A DNA stretch of 64,000 nt, taken from positions 1-64,000 of IMG/VR virus record IMGVR_UViG_3300025087_000054, one strand, 5' to 3'. Made by a program: the position numbers and the translations under genes. Positions 37,995 through 48,517 of the stretch are shown piece after piece. The notes beneath the pieces are model-generated. The model saw only the letters and a list, made by a program, of their open reading frames with translations, searched no databases and was not told where the DNA came from. The stretch is from a virus. Position 1 is the first letter of the stretch. Each line of letters starts with the position of its first letter.

Positions 37995-38624
37995 ATGGCT
38001 GAACAAATTGCTACTAGCACAAAACCAATACCAACATTTAAGGATATTATTAACGAAACAGAAAAGTTTGTAGATACTTTATATGATAAAACCTATAAGG
38101 TTAATGAGCTATTATCTGAAATTGAGTTAATATATGACGACATGCGAGGATTGGGTGCTTCGGGATTATCATTTTCAGATTTTACGCCAGATGATTTATC
38201 ACGAATGGCAGGTAAATTAAGTGTATTACGATCAAGTTTAATACCATTACGAGCAAGAGCTTGGCGTAATTTAAGTAAAGCAAATAAATTTATTGATTTA
38301 AGGAGAGCGGGGTTACAGCATAAACTGAAAGAGACTCTGGAAACATTGCATGGCAAGACAACAAGAGACGAGGTTAATGCCGAATTAGATAGACAATTAG
38401 TACGAGCTACTTTTACGGCAGACTTGCATAAGGAGATGTATGAAAAATTACAAAGTTATTGGTATGGTATACCAGATCAGTTAAAAATGATTCAATTAAG
38501 GATTAATGTAATTAGGGGTGATTCAGATACAATACACTTTCAGCAACATTTAAGTGATAACGATGATGTGCCATATCAAAGTTCAAATGAGTTTGATTTT
38601 GAGATAGATGACAGTATAAAATAA
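37995..38624 (+). CDS. helical protein, possible UvsY-like recombination mediator
   Basis: Coiled-coil, position. Confidence 0.35.
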   Translation: MAEQIATSTKPIPTFKDIINETEKFVDTLYDKTYKVNELLSEIELIYDDMRGLGASGLSFSDFTPDDLSRMAGKLSVLRSSLIPLRARAWRNLSKANKFIDLRRAGLQHKLKETLETLHGKTTRDEVNAELDRQLVRATFTADLHKEMYEKLQSYWYGIPDQLKMIQLRINVIRGDSDTIHFQQHLSDNDDVPYQSSNEFDFEIDDSIK

Positions 38625-38645
38625 GTCAATAAAAATGGCTTAATA

Positions 38646-38687
38646 ACAAGCTAAAAAACTTTACAAATTGATTATAGGATATATAAT
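38646..38687 (+). promoter_or_regulatory. conserved promoter motif copy 3
   Basis: ACAAGCTAAAAAACTTTACAAAT; TTTACA-16-TATAAT. Confidence 0.85.
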
Positions 38688-38726
38688 CAAGACATAAAAA
38701 TTATTTAATAATTAAATTATTCGTTT

Positions 38727-39797
38727 ATGAGCAACGAGCTATTTACTTTGGGCAAAGTATCTTGCCCTATTAATCCAGGTACCGACCCTACTTGGATAAA
38801 AGAGCTAGTCCCATCAGGTATCAATTATGTGATGGAGGGCGAGCAGGATCAGGATTTTACAACGCATGTATTATTGGGTGCAAAAACAAATCGCAATGTT
38901 TTATTAGTAGGCCCAAAAGGTACTGGTAAAACTACTTGTATAGCATATCTTGCACAGCAAACGAACAATCCATTACAGATTATTCAGTTAAATGGGGCAA
39001 CAGGTATTGATTCATTTGTAGGTAAATGGCTTTTACGAGATGGGCAAACTTATTGGGTGGATGGCCCACTAGCATTAGCAATACGTAATGGCTATTGGTT
39101 ATTGTTAGACGAACTAAATATGGCTTTACCTGAAATACTTGCCGTATTACAACCAGTATTAGACGATAGACGAATATTATATATGGAGGAAAAAGGTGGT
39201 GATAAGGCTGAATTTATTAAAGCACATCCTAATTTTAGGTGTTTTGCGGCCATTAATCCAACTGAGGATTATGCTGGCACAAAGGAGATGAATAGGGCTT
39301 TGGAGGATAGATTTAGTATTAATCTTGAGTTAGCATATCCAAGTGCACGCAAAGAACGTGAGATATTATTAACTAATCCCGCAATTAAGATTGATGATAA
39401 ACCAATACAGAGTAAAACAGGTATAATAAGTCGTATAGTACAAGTAGCAAATGAGCTACGTAAATTATATAAAGACCAGCAATTTGCTTATGAGATAAGT
39501 ACTCGTAATCTTATTGACTGGGCGATAATGTGTGAGTTTGTTACAATTAAAGATGCCTATAAAATGACTTGGCAAAATAAAATAGATAAAGATGAGCGAG
39601 TAATAGCTAATGATAATATTAATAAATTATTTGCAGATAACGAAAGTTGGGGTACGGGTATGGCACTTAAAAAAGCGTTTACACGCCCAACAAAAGAGAC
39701 TGAAAATATAGATTTGGAATCTATAGATATGGGAGCTGGTATAGCACAAGATACTCTTATAGATACTGTTACAATACCAACAGAAACGATTGAATAA
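38727..39797 (+). CDS. MoxR-type AAA+ ATPase (CbbQ/NirQ/CobS-like)
   Basis: GPKGTGKT, LLLDELN, HPNFR.FAA.NP..YAGTKEMN.AL.DRF, ISTR. Confidence 0.92.
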   Translation: MSNELFTLGKVSCPINPGTDPTWIKELVPSGINYVMEGEQDQDFTTHVLLGAKTNRNVLLVGPKGTGKTTCIAYLAQQTNNPLQIIQLNGATGIDSFVGKWLLRDGQTYWVDGPLALAIRNGYWLLLDELNMALPEILAVLQPVLDDRRILYMEEKGGDKAEFIKAHPNFRCFAAINPTEDYAGTKEMNRALEDRFSINLELAYPSARKEREILLTNPAIKIDDKPIQSKTGIISRIVQVANELRKLYKDQQFAYEISTRNLIDWAIMCEFVTIKDAYKMTWQNKIDKDERVIANDNINKLFADNESWGTGMALKKAFTRPTKETENIDLESIDMGAGIAQDTLIDTVTIPTETIE

Positions 39798-39824
39798 AAA
39801 ATTATTTAATTATACAATTATATT

Positions 39825-41654
39825 ATGGATTTTGACTCATTTTTATCGGATTTATATTACAAATCGTCTGAGGATACGCCCGAAGATATTGTTCAATATA
39901 AACAAACTATTACTAGTATTGGTAATAGGATTGAAAAATTGGCAGAAACAACATTAGACACTAAGATAATATTAGAGCCAGTGCCTTTATCATCAGAGGA
40001 TAAAGATATTTGGAAATGTATTAAGGACGGAGATGCTTTTAAATTATCTGTAGTAGTTAAAGATATAATAAACAAACCAGAGAGATGGTCTATAGCTGAT
40101 GCACTTAACGCAATAGCGTACGGTAAATACGTAGATGAGGCTGAATTTGTTAGTGTACCGTTTCCGATTGATGCTACGCCAGAGTATCATCAATTAATTA
40201 ATATGATTAATACAATAAGAATAGAGTCGCAATTAATGCAATATTATCCAGGTACAAAAGATAATTTTAGCTATAAATGGCTGAAACAAAATGCTCAAAT
40301 ATCAGCTAAAGAGGAGGCTAAATTAACAAAACCAGTTCAGTTTATATATGCACTATACACAGGATTTTGGGGTGGTGAGATGCCTACGATAGACGAAAAA
40401 GTATTAGATGCCCTTGAAAATTTGGAGGAATCATTATTTGAGGCATATAATACCGAAAGTATTAGGGACATGTTATCGGTATTAAATAAAAATATCTGGC
40501 CTGTATTTAAAAAATTAGTAGATGAGCATGAGCAGGAACAGGGCAAAAAGGGCACTAAAGATGAGTATCAGCAGTTATTTAATAATAACACATCACTATC
40601 GGAATTGATGTCCAAAATGGCGGAAAATAGTGGTGAAAAAGATAGCGAAAATGAGACTAAAGTCTTTGAAAAACCAAAAGACGAAAAATCTAATTTTGGG
40701 ATGGATGTTGAAACACATTTTGATAAAATTGAGGCTAGTAATATAGATAAAAATAATAGCCAAAGTAATGGCACATCAGTTCAATATGGTCAAGACGATC
40801 CTGTACTAGGTACAAATTGTTGCTTTCACGATGAGCCAAAATTGGCTAAAGAGGATTATTTAACCTATGAGACGATGTATAACGAAATACGCCCATTGAT
40901 ACCTTTTTTCAAAAAAAAGCTGTCCAGCATAATGAAAGATAACAATTATAATAGATTAGGTGGTTCACACAGGTCAGGTAAACTAGATAACAAAAAATTA
41001 TATAAAGTCGGAGTTAATAATCCAAGGATTTTTAACAAAAAAATAATGAGACAGCATAAAGATTATGTAGTTAGTTTAGTGGTAGATGAATCAGGGAGTA
41101 TGAGTAGTTCACAAAAAAATAGACATGCCGCTAAAGCAACAATACTTTTTGCCGAGGTGCTTAATGCGGTAGGTATACCCTTTGAGATACGAGGATTTAA
41201 CGCAACGTTAAGACAATATAAAAAAATCGCTGAAAAATTTACGCATAAACATCGAAGGCAACTTGAGCGTATTATACTTGAATCGCATGGATACGATGCT
41301 GGTTGCAATAATGATGGATTTGCGTTATGGTCGTCATCGCACACATTAAGACATTATGGTACTCGCAATACAGAACGAATTATAATAATGGTATCCGATG
41401 GATTGCCAGCACCAAATTGTAATAATATACCAATTAATTATAAAAGTTTAGTGCCAAAAGGTAAGATAACATATAGGGATTTTGATTTAAAACACGAGAT
41501 AGTTGAGGCGAGTAAAGATGCTGTAGTAATAGGAGTCGGTGTAAATGCACACCATGTTTCAGATTTTTATCCTCAAAATGTAGTTGTTGAGGATGTAAAA
41601 TGGCTACCAGTACAATTATTGAATAAATTACGAAAAAATATTAAACGTGGTTAA
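39825..41654 (+). CDS. vWA-domain protein (CobT/NorD-like)
   Basis: MIDAS VDESGSM, NNDG.AL, VSDG.P, IGVG. Confidence 0.9.
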   Translation: MDFDSFLSDLYYKSSEDTPEDIVQYKQTITSIGNRIEKLAETTLDTKIILEPVPLSSEDKDIWKCIKDGDAFKLSVVVKDIINKPERWSIADALNAIAYGKYVDEAEFVSVPFPIDATPEYHQLINMINTIRIESQLMQYYPGTKDNFSYKWLKQNAQISAKEEAKLTKPVQFIYALYTGFWGGEMPTIDEKVLDALENLEESLFEAYNTESIRDMLSVLNKNIWPVFKKLVDEHEQEQGKKGTKDEYQQLFNNNTSLSELMSKMAENSGEKDSENETKVFEKPKDEKSNFGMDVETHFDKIEASNIDKNNSQSNGTSVQYGQDDPVLGTNCCFHDEPKLAKEDYLTYETMYNEIRPLIPFFKKKLSSIMKDNNYNRLGGSHRSGKLDNKKLYKVGVNNPRIFNKKIMRQHKDYVVSLVVDESGSMSSSQKNRHAAKATILFAEVLNAVGIPFEIRGFNATLRQYKKIAEKFTHKHRRQLERIILESHGYDAGCNNDGFALWSSSHTLRHYGTRNTERIIIMVSDGLPAPNCNNIPINYKSLVPKGKITYRDFDLKHEIVEASKDAVVIGVGVNAHHVSDFYPQNVVVEDVKWLPVQLLNKLRKNIKRG

Positions 41655-41656
41655 TT

Positions 41657-41917
41657 ATGGAATATAAAACTAAAAATCTACATTTTGCTACTTACTTATG
41701 TGCTTCGGGAGTAGTGCTTAAAAATATTGAGCTTGCCGAACATCCAGATACTGAGGTGGTTACATTTGTTTTAGATATACCTATAAGTATAGATATTAAA
41801 TATTTGGAGGCGGAATGGGATAAACCAAGTACGGATAGTGTACGTAAATTATTAAGACAGTATAAAACTTTAAAATGGGAGTTGTTTAAATTTAATAAAA
41901 ATTATGTCAAAAACTAA
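41657..41917 (+). CDS. small conserved phage protein (DUF5659-like)
   Basis: YKTKNLHFATYL..SG. Confidence 0.55.
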   Translation: MEYKTKNLHFATYLCASGVVLKNIELAEHPDTEVVTFVLDIPISIDIKYLEAEWDKPSTDSVRKLLRQYKTLKWELFKFNKNYVKN

Positions 41918-42683
41918 GACAAAATATATATCCGCCAGTCAAATAGGTACATTTTTAACCTGCCCATTGGCATATAAATATATTTACGTTGACGGAGCAA
42001 AACGTATGCCACCAAATCCATATACGGTTTTTGGGTCCGCTATACATTCGGCTCTGGAGTACAATTTTGAACAAAAGATTAAATCAAAAACCGATTTAGA
42101 TACTATGTCTATTATTAATAAGTTTCAAACTGAATTTGAAAATGGCTTAAAAACAGTATCAAGGCAATGGATGCGATACTCAAGCACGCTTAATCTACAA
42201 GGCGAGGATATGATAAGTAAGTATATGGCTGATATAGCACCTGATATTATACCTATAGCAACAGAACAAAAATTTGAGATCGAATTAAAATCAATAGGTG
42301 TAACTATATTAGGATATATAGATTTAATAACTGAGGACGGCACAATATATGATTATAAAACTTTAGGCGAAAGTAGTTATCGTAAATGGACACAGGAATA
42401 TTTAGATAATAACATTCAGTTTACATTGTATGCTTTGGCATATCGTAAACTTATGGACAAACCAGAACAAAGATTGGGCGTACAGTTATTAAAAAGACTC
42501 AAAGGTGGGCCAAGTTTTGATATAATGTATACACAACGAGATGAGCAAAATATTATTGCAATAGTACAATTATTAGCACGAATGGATCAGATCATAAAAA
42601 ATGATTTATGGTACCCGAATTTACTCAGTTGTACTGCATGTGATTTTAAAACTAGTTGCAATAGACAATGTTTTTTCAAATAA
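41904..42683 (+). CDS. PD-(D/E)XK exonuclease (RecB/Cas4-like)
   Basis: SASQI..F..CP, GSAIH..LE, GYIDLI..IYDYKT, Q..LYA, C..CDF...C. Confidence 0.9.
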   Translation: MSKTKTKYISASQIGTFLTCPLAYKYIYVDGAKRMPPNPYTVFGSAIHSALEYNFEQKIKSKTDLDTMSIINKFQTEFENGLKTVSRQWMRYSSTLNLQGEDMISKYMADIAPDIIPIATEQKFEIELKSIGVTILGYIDLITEDGTIYDYKTLGESSYRKWTQEYLDNNIQFTLYALAYRKLMDKPEQRLGVQLLKRLKGGPSFDIMYTQRDEQNIIAIVQLLARMDQIIKNDLWYPNLLSCTACDFKTSCNRQCFFK

Positions 42684-42710
42684 ATTTTTTATTTACTAAC
42701 TTTTACTTTT

Positions 42711-43493
42711 ATGGATATGGCCATAATGCAGGTGGACGACACACAAGTCCAAATCACTCCCGAATTTGCTAATGCAGTGCAGGAGTATAAACTTAAAAAA
42801 GACGAGGTTATGCAGGACTTTATTGTCGGCGTAGCTGAGTTAGGTTCAATTTTAGCAAAACACCGACAAGTTATGAAACAAGAACGTAATTGGTTGGATT
42901 ATTGTTCAGCTATTGGGTTAAGTGTAGCGTCAGCAAATCAACAAATAAGATTATTTGAATATAAAAAGGAACTATCAGATCAAAAAGCAAAAGCTTTAAC
43001 GACAGTTATTACTAATTGGTCAAAATTAAATGCTTTTTTAACGTTACCAAATCCAAGTAAGGACGAATTATTGGAGGATGAGGCACTTACCGAGGATACA
43101 AGTAATCAGGATTTTAGGGATAAGGTAGTATCAGTCAAGCCAGTGGATGCTGTTGAGGAACTAGTAGACGAACAAAATATAGACGAGGTAGCCGAAGCCG
43201 ATCCTGAGGATGAACAGATAATGTTTGACGCTTTAAAACACATGATGGATTCAGATTTACAGGACGAAAATATTTTATTAGATAACCCAAAAGAGACTGC
43301 GAAAAAAATACAGACTGAATATAAAATGGGGGTACACTTACGCGGGTATTTTGAAGGGATAATACATGTACAAAAAGGCTTAACGTTACTCAATGACACT
43401 ACAAAATTAAATAGACTAGATAGATCAAGATTAATGCCTTTATTACAAGAACAACTTGATTTATTGAACAAACTTATTGCACAATATAAGTAG
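42711..43493 (+). CDS. hypothetical protein (DUF3102-like N-terminus)
   Basis: ELG.IL...R...W..YC..IG.S...A...IRL. Confidence 0.5.
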   Translation: MDMAIMQVDDTQVQITPEFANAVQEYKLKKDEVMQDFIVGVAELGSILAKHRQVMKQERNWLDYCSAIGLSVASANQQIRLFEYKKELSDQKAKALTTVITNWSKLNAFLTLPNPSKDELLEDEALTEDTSNQDFRDKVVSVKPVDAVEELVDEQNIDEVAEADPEDEQIMFDALKHMMDSDLQDENILLDNPKETAKKIQTEYKMGVHLRGYFEGIIHVQKGLTLLNDTTKLNRLDRSRLMPLLQEQLDLLNKLIAQYK

Positions 43494-43524
43494 TCAATAT
43501 TAAAATATTTTATAAAATATACAG

Positions 43525-44055
43525 ATGGAGGATCAGTTTACATATGATTTTAACGATCAATTACCATTAGGACAAAAGGGTGAGGAGCGAGTATTTGCTT
43601 ACTTAAATAACCTGCCTGAAACTATATCGCTACGTAATGTAGCTATGGATAAAAAGTTTCAGGCATTGGGTATAGACGGCTTTTGGGATTGGATCAGTCC
43701 AGTAAATGAGCTTGTGTACAGTACTAGCTTTGACGTAAAAACAGATTTTTATGTTCATAAACGCGATACACTTTATCTTGAAACGCATAAAGCGGATGGA
43801 GTATTAGGCGGATTTTTAAGTACCAAGGCGGAACTTTTTTTGTATTACGATCCATATAAAGGACGGCTGATACATATACCAATAGCACGATTGCGTAATT
43901 GGTACTATAAAAAAGGTTTGGCTATGAAACATATACAACAGGCTCAAGGAGTTGGTAGGTATCATGAGGGATTAGTACTTACATTAGCACAACTTGAGGA
44001 TATTTGCTTTGAACTAAAAATACAAACCGATATAGAACCATTAAAATTTGTTTAA
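43525..44055 (+). CDS. PD-(D/E)XK-family nuclease-like protein
   Basis: GQKGE, FQ..GID, DVKTD, LYLET. Confidence 0.65.
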   Translation: MEDQFTYDFNDQLPLGQKGEERVFAYLNNLPETISLRNVAMDKKFQALGIDGFWDWISPVNELVYSTSFDVKTDFYVHKRDTLYLETHKADGVLGGFLSTKAELFLYYDPYKGRLIHIPIARLRNWYYKKGLAMKHIQQAQGVGRYHEGLVLTLAQLEDICFELKIQTDIEPLKFV

Positions 44056-44059
44056 TACT

Positions 44060-44431
44060 ATGCAAAGTTTTATACAAAAATTGCCTTATTTACCTAAGGA
44101 CTTTTTTGATAGGTATCAAATTAGTAAAACACAATTAAAATTGTATGTATTAATAATCAAAACATGCAGGAATAATAAAGATTATGTTTGCCAACTAACA
44201 AATAAACAATTAACGGATTTGTTAAATGTATCTATTAGTTCACACAAATATATAGGTAAATTAATTGCTAATTTAGTCAGCAAACAATTAATAACTGTTA
44301 CATATAAAATTATTGAGAGTGAAGGCACAGTGAGATATATAATGGAATCAGAACAAGTGTTTCAATTATGTGTATTAGCTTGGGCGAATAAGTTATTATG
44401 TAAACATAAAAATATAGATATCCAAGATTAA
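44060..44431 (+). CDS. winged-helix DNA-binding protein
   Basis: LKLY..I, TNKQL..LLNVS...I..L...LI.V. Confidence 0.6.
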   Translation: MQSFIQKLPYLPKDFFDRYQISKTQLKLYVLIIKTCRNNKDYVCQLTNKQLTDLLNVSISSHKYIGKLIANLVSKQLITVTYKIIESEGTVRYIMESEQVFQLCVLAWANKLLCKHKNIDIQD

Positions 44432-44490
44432 AAAGGTTTACTTTTATATGTTACTACTATTTAATGATTAAAAATAATTAAATATCATAT

Positions 44491-44766
44491 ATGCTTATAG
44501 ATAAAACACCGTTATCTTTAACTGAAACAGCTTTTTTACACTTAATTTTGGATATAGCTAAAAACCCAAAAAAATATAAACATATTTTAATATATCAAAA
44601 GGACGGGTGGTTTGGTTGGAAACATTCAGTTTTTGAGGCGTATTGTGGGTTATCCACATTTAAACAAAAAACGTTAATAAACCAATTAGTTATTAATAAC
44701 TATATTAAAAATAAACTAACAAATTGTTACTTAGGTCGTATAAATATATATCAAATTATAAAATAA
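44491..44766 (+). CDS. winged-helix-like protein
   Basis: GWF......E..CGLS..KQ...I.QL....YI. Confidence 0.55.
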   Translation: MLIDKTPLSLTETAFLHLILDIAKNPKKYKHILIYQKDGWFGWKHSVFEAYCGLSTFKQKTLINQLVINNYIKNKLTNCYLGRINIYQIIK

Positions 44767-44774
44767 CAAAAAAT

Positions 44775-45965
44775 ATGACAGATTATAAAATGTTACAAGG
44801 AGTCCCATATAATATATTACCAGCTAATGTATTATTAGCTGAGGATATAACATCGTTTGAAAAATTACTGTATACTGAAATATTAGCATTATCTAATAGG
44901 GCTGGATATTGTTGGGCTGAAAATAAACATTTTGCAACGGTATTTAAGATACATATTACGAATATATCAAAGTCAATAAATAATTTAAAAGCACATAATT
45001 ATATTGCGGTTACTTTTTTACATAAAGGTATAAATAACGTACAAAGACGTATTTTTATTAATCATCAAAAATTTACTGATTGGTTAATAAATGAGAAAAA
45101 ACAGCAGCATTTACAATATAGTGAGTTAGACGATTATAAATCAGCGGAAGAGTTAGGGCTAGACTCATTAGTTGAAGGGGATACGGAAAAAATTACTCCC
45201 CCCCTTAGCGAAAACACCAAACTAGATTTTACTAGTTTGGCGAAAACACCAAACTATTACTTTAGCGAAAACACCAAACTAATAATAAATCATACTAACA
45301 AAGCATTAAAGTATATAAATATATTAATAAAAGGAAACGGCGACCAAAAAACTGAAAAGGAAACCGAACTGAATAATAAAATATTTTCAGTTAATAATAA
45401 TTCAGAAGAAAAGTGGGAGGATTCAGTTAAGAAAATTTTGGACAAAAAAGTTGAACTAAAAAATTGCTCAAATAGGCAGGTAGCACAAATTATTTTATGG
45501 TACGCTAAGGAGTTGAGGGGTAAACGAATTACGAAACCGTTACCATGGATTAAGAAAATAGAAAATATATTGCAGGTGGAAAAGATAGATTTTACTGATT
45601 TGATTGAGGCTATGTGGAGATTAGAGCATAATGCTTGGATGTCTGGTAGAGCGGATAAAAGTAGGTATAAAAAAGGTTTGCCATGGCATTGGGATTTAGG
45701 ATATATTTTTGGAAATTTTAAGACTAAATCGGCTATTGAGATAGGTCTAAATAGACCTATTGAGTATAAAGCGTCAGGTAAGGCTTTAGATGCCTATAAT
45801 AAAATCAAACATTTATGTTCAGAATCATTTAACCAAATAGTTTATGACCAGCCAAATTACTCTAGCGGAGATGGACAAGTTGATAGCGACGATGACAGAC
45901 GAGAGCTTTCGGATGACGAAATTGCCTTACGACAGGCTCAGCTTAAAGAGGCGATGTTTGGATAG
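44775..45965 (+). CDS. replication initiator (N-terminal wHTH)
   Basis: EKLLY.EI.ALS..GYCWA.N..FA; internal iterons; followed by DnaC-like gene. Confidence 0.85.
   Translation: MTDYKMLQGVPYNILPANVLLAEDITSFEKLLYTEILALSNRAGYCWAENKHFATVFKIHITNISKSINNLKAHNYIAVTFLHKGINNVQRRIFINHQKFTDWLINEKKQQHLQYSELDDYKSAEELGLDSLVEGDTEKITPPLSENTKLDFTSLAKTPNYYFSENTKLIINHTNKALKYINILIKGNGDQKTEKETELNNKIFSVNNNSEEKWEDSVKKILDKKVELKNCSNRQVAQIILWYAKELRGKRITKPLPWIKKIENILQVEKIDFTDLIEAMWRLEHNAWMSGRADKSRYKKGLPWHWDLGYIFGNFKTKSAIEIGLNRPIEYKASGKALDAYNKIKHLCSESFNQIVYDQPNYSSGDGQVDSDDDRRELSDDEIALRQAQLKEAMFG
45205..45281 (+). repeat. three 20-bp iterons TT(A/G)GCGAAAACACCAAACTA; putative origin
   Basis: Copies at 45205, 45237, 45262; AT-rich tract follows. 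Confidence 0.85.
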
Positions 45966-46653
45966 GCTTAATTTAATATTGAATCAGTCTGTCGAGTGGT
46001 TGCCAGGATGTGAAAAGTGTGCATTGGGGCGAATTAAAAAGCCATCGGAGTTTGGCTATACCACGGAGATGTGTACGTGTTACACAGAATACGAGGCGGT
46101 TAAGGAATGGCTAAATATATTCAGTCGCAGTAATATACAAAAAGAATCCCTAAGTAGATATAGCTTAGGTAATTATAAAGGTAATGTAATTAGTGAGGCT
46201 ATGTTATGGGACTTTGTGCAGGGGGTAGGTAAAAAGAAATGGTTTTATTTTTCAGGTCCAACAGGGACAGGTAAAACCTATTCAGCAATATTGTGTGCAT
46301 TGATGGCAATATACCTAGGTAAGCAAGTGTATTATGCTAATGTGCCTAACTTAATGGATATGTTAAGGCCATCAGAAAAGGATGTTAGTAGGGTAATTAT
46401 GCAAAAATGTATTGAGGCGGAATTTTTAGTCCTGGACGATTTAGGCCAAGAAAAAGGAAGTGAGTGGGTGTTGGAGAGACTGTATATAATCGTTAATGAG
46501 CGTTATTTAGCTCAAAGGGCTACTATCTACACCTCGAACCATAAAATCTCGTCCTTGCCCTTAAAAATAAGCCACAAGGCCATCGTATCTCGACTGGTGG
46601 GTGATGCCCATGAGGTACAGTTTGTTGGGGAGGATAAAAGACTATTAACTTAA
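45844..46653 (+). CDS. DnaC/IstB-like helicase loader ATPase
   Basis: GPTGTGKT, LVLDDLGQE, IVNERY, TSN, SRL. Confidence 0.9.
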   Translation: MTSQITLAEMDKLIATMTDESFRMTKLPYDRLSLKRRCLDRLNLILNQSVEWLPGCEKCALGRIKKPSEFGYTTEMCTCYTEYEAVKEWLNIFSRSNIQKESLSRYSLGNYKGNVISEAMLWDFVQGVGKKKWFYFSGPTGTGKTYSAILCALMAIYLGKQVYYANVPNLMDMLRPSEKDVSRVIMQKCIEAEFLVLDDLGQEKGSEWVLERLYIIVNERYLAQRATIYTSNHKISSLPLKISHKAIVSRLVGDAHEVQFVGEDKRLLT

Positions 46654-46665
46654 AACGCATTTTAA
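46648..46665. repeat. palindromic motif copy 3
   Basis: ACTTAAAACGCATTTTAA exact. Confidence 0.8.
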
Positions 46666-46678
46666 CTTTTTTAAAAAT

Positions 46679-48514
46679 ATGAACCAGATTGAGCAATATC
46701 TTGTGGATAAGGGGTTGGAATACCGTGCAATTAATAATCAGTTTAATGTTAAATGTCCATTTTGTTTGGACGGAAAATGGAATCATTGCTATTTGAGTGA
46801 TGTTACTGGTGTGTGGTATTGTCAAAAATGTTCGGGCAAAGGATCGTTTAATGAGTTTCGTAAGTTGTTTAATGACGAACCGATTAACGTACCAGAACAG
46901 GCAACTGTAGTCCAGGAAAAGGAGTTTAAATTGATAGAGTATAAAACAGTACAAAATTATGCACAAAGTCTTTGGAGTTTTGGCGATAAAATTTTAGAAT
47001 ATTTGCGTGTAAAACGAGGGTTACAGGATAAAACTATTAAGCATTTTATGTTGGGTTGTGATGGGCATGATATAACGATACCGCTTATAGATTCAGAGCA
47101 GGTTGTGGTTAATGTTAGGCGTAGAAAAGACCCGTTTATGGAAACGGAAGGCCCAAGGTATTATTCAGAAAAGGGTTGTAAAGCTATTTTGTTTAATGAG
47201 CAAGTGTTAAAATACAATCCAAAAAGTATTTTTATAACGGAAGGGGAGATGGATGCCATGGTATTATGGCAGATGGGGGTTACAAATGTAGTATCAGTAA
47301 CACAAGGTGCTAATTATTTTTCAGAGCATTGGGTGGATTTGTTTAATAATGTGAGTAAAATTTATATAGTATTTGATTCTGATGTGCCAGGGCAGAAAGG
47401 GGCATTAAAAGTTGCCGCTAAGTTGGGTAAAGATAAGTGTAGATTAGTTGAGTTACCAAATAGTGAAAATGGAGAAAAATGTGATGTAACAAATTATGTT
47501 GTAGATCAAAAACATACGAAGGAAGATTTTTTAGCTTTAGTTGATAAAGCCAGATTACCTGTTGCAGATGTAGATGCGGTTAAACACATATCAGAATATA
47601 ACGAGCAATTGCTACAAAGATTGCTTACTGGCGGCTATAAGGGATTGTCTACAGGATTGGCAGAGTTGGATGCAATAATAGGCGGATATAGATCGGGTAG
47701 ATTGATTATATTATCGGGACTTACGAGCGTGGGAAAAACTACTTTTTCGGTAAATTTATCGTTACAATTATTAAGTAAGCAGTTCCCGATGCTGTTTATA
47801 TCAATGGAAATGCCCCCGATAGACATATATAAAAAGTTTTTAATGTTGCGAAAAAAATTAATGGGATATGCATTAGATGGTTTGACAGAAACATCGCCCG
47901 AGATGAAAATATTGCAGGAAGGTATTGCGGAATTTACAGGAGAGAATGCGTTGCCATTATATGTTTGCAGTAAGACAGGAGAGATAAAATTAGAATCAAT
48001 ACTTGATATAGCACGAGTAGCGAAAGAGAATTACGGCGTTCAGGTGGTTGTAATAGATCATCTACATTATTTTGGGCATGTTACAAATAATAGGGCATCG
48101 GAATTATCAGATGTGGTGCGAAAAATTAAAGCTATTGCTATGGAGTTGGATATTACAGTATTATTACTAGCACACTTGAATAGAGGAGGTAGAACACAAC
48201 AACGAAGAGGTATGTACGTGCCAAGTTTATCTGATTTAAAGGATACATCAGCAATAGAACAGGATGCCGATCAGGTTATATTTGTTTGTCGGGATTCAGA
48301 GGCAACGGACGAAGACACAAAACGAAAAACAGTAGTAAAGGTTGCTAAGAATAGAGACGGTAAAACAGGGCATTTCAGTATGGATTTTGATTTAAATACT
48401 GGGGTATTATCAACAATAGCGGGAGTAGATTATTTAGAAGAAAAAAAGAGTAAATTTAATAAAGTATCTGATAGGGAAGAGGGTACTATGGATATGCCAA
48501 TTATTAATTTTTAA
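46679..48514 (+). CDS. primase-helicase (zinc finger, TOPRIM, DnaB-like)
   Basis: CPFC..C..C, ITEGEMDA, FDSD..G, GLTSVGKT, IDHLH, IEQDAD, KNRDG. Confidence 0.93.
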   Translation: MNQIEQYLVDKGLEYRAINNQFNVKCPFCLDGKWNHCYLSDVTGVWYCQKCSGKGSFNEFRKLFNDEPINVPEQATVVQEKEFKLIEYKTVQNYAQSLWSFGDKILEYLRVKRGLQDKTIKHFMLGCDGHDITIPLIDSEQVVVNVRRRKDPFMETEGPRYYSEKGCKAILFNEQVLKYNPKSIFITEGEMDAMVLWQMGVTNVVSVTQGANYFSEHWVDLFNNVSKIYIVFDSDVPGQKGALKVAAKLGKDKCRLVELPNSENGEKCDVTNYVVDQKHTKEDFLALVDKARLPVADVDAVKHISEYNEQLLQRLLTGGYKGLSTGLAELDAIIGGYRSGRLIILSGLTSVGKTTFSVNLSLQLLSKQFPMLFISMEMPPIDIYKKFLMLRKKLMGYALDGLTETSPEMKILQEGIAEFTGENALPLYVCSKTGEIKLESILDIARVAKENYGVQVVVIDHLHYFGHVTNNRASELSDVVRKIKAIAMELDITVLLLAHLNRGGRTQQRRGMYVPSLSDLKDTSAIEQDADQVIFVCRDSEATDEDTKRKTVVKVAKNRDGKTGHFSMDFDLNTGVLSTIAGVDYLEEKKSKFNKVSDREEGTMDMPIINF

Positions 48515-48517
48515 GCC

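Noticed and set aside
41904-42683. Cas4-like gene as part of a CRISPR system
   Set aside because: No array or other cas genes; solo Cas4/RecB-like nucleases are common in phage recombination modules
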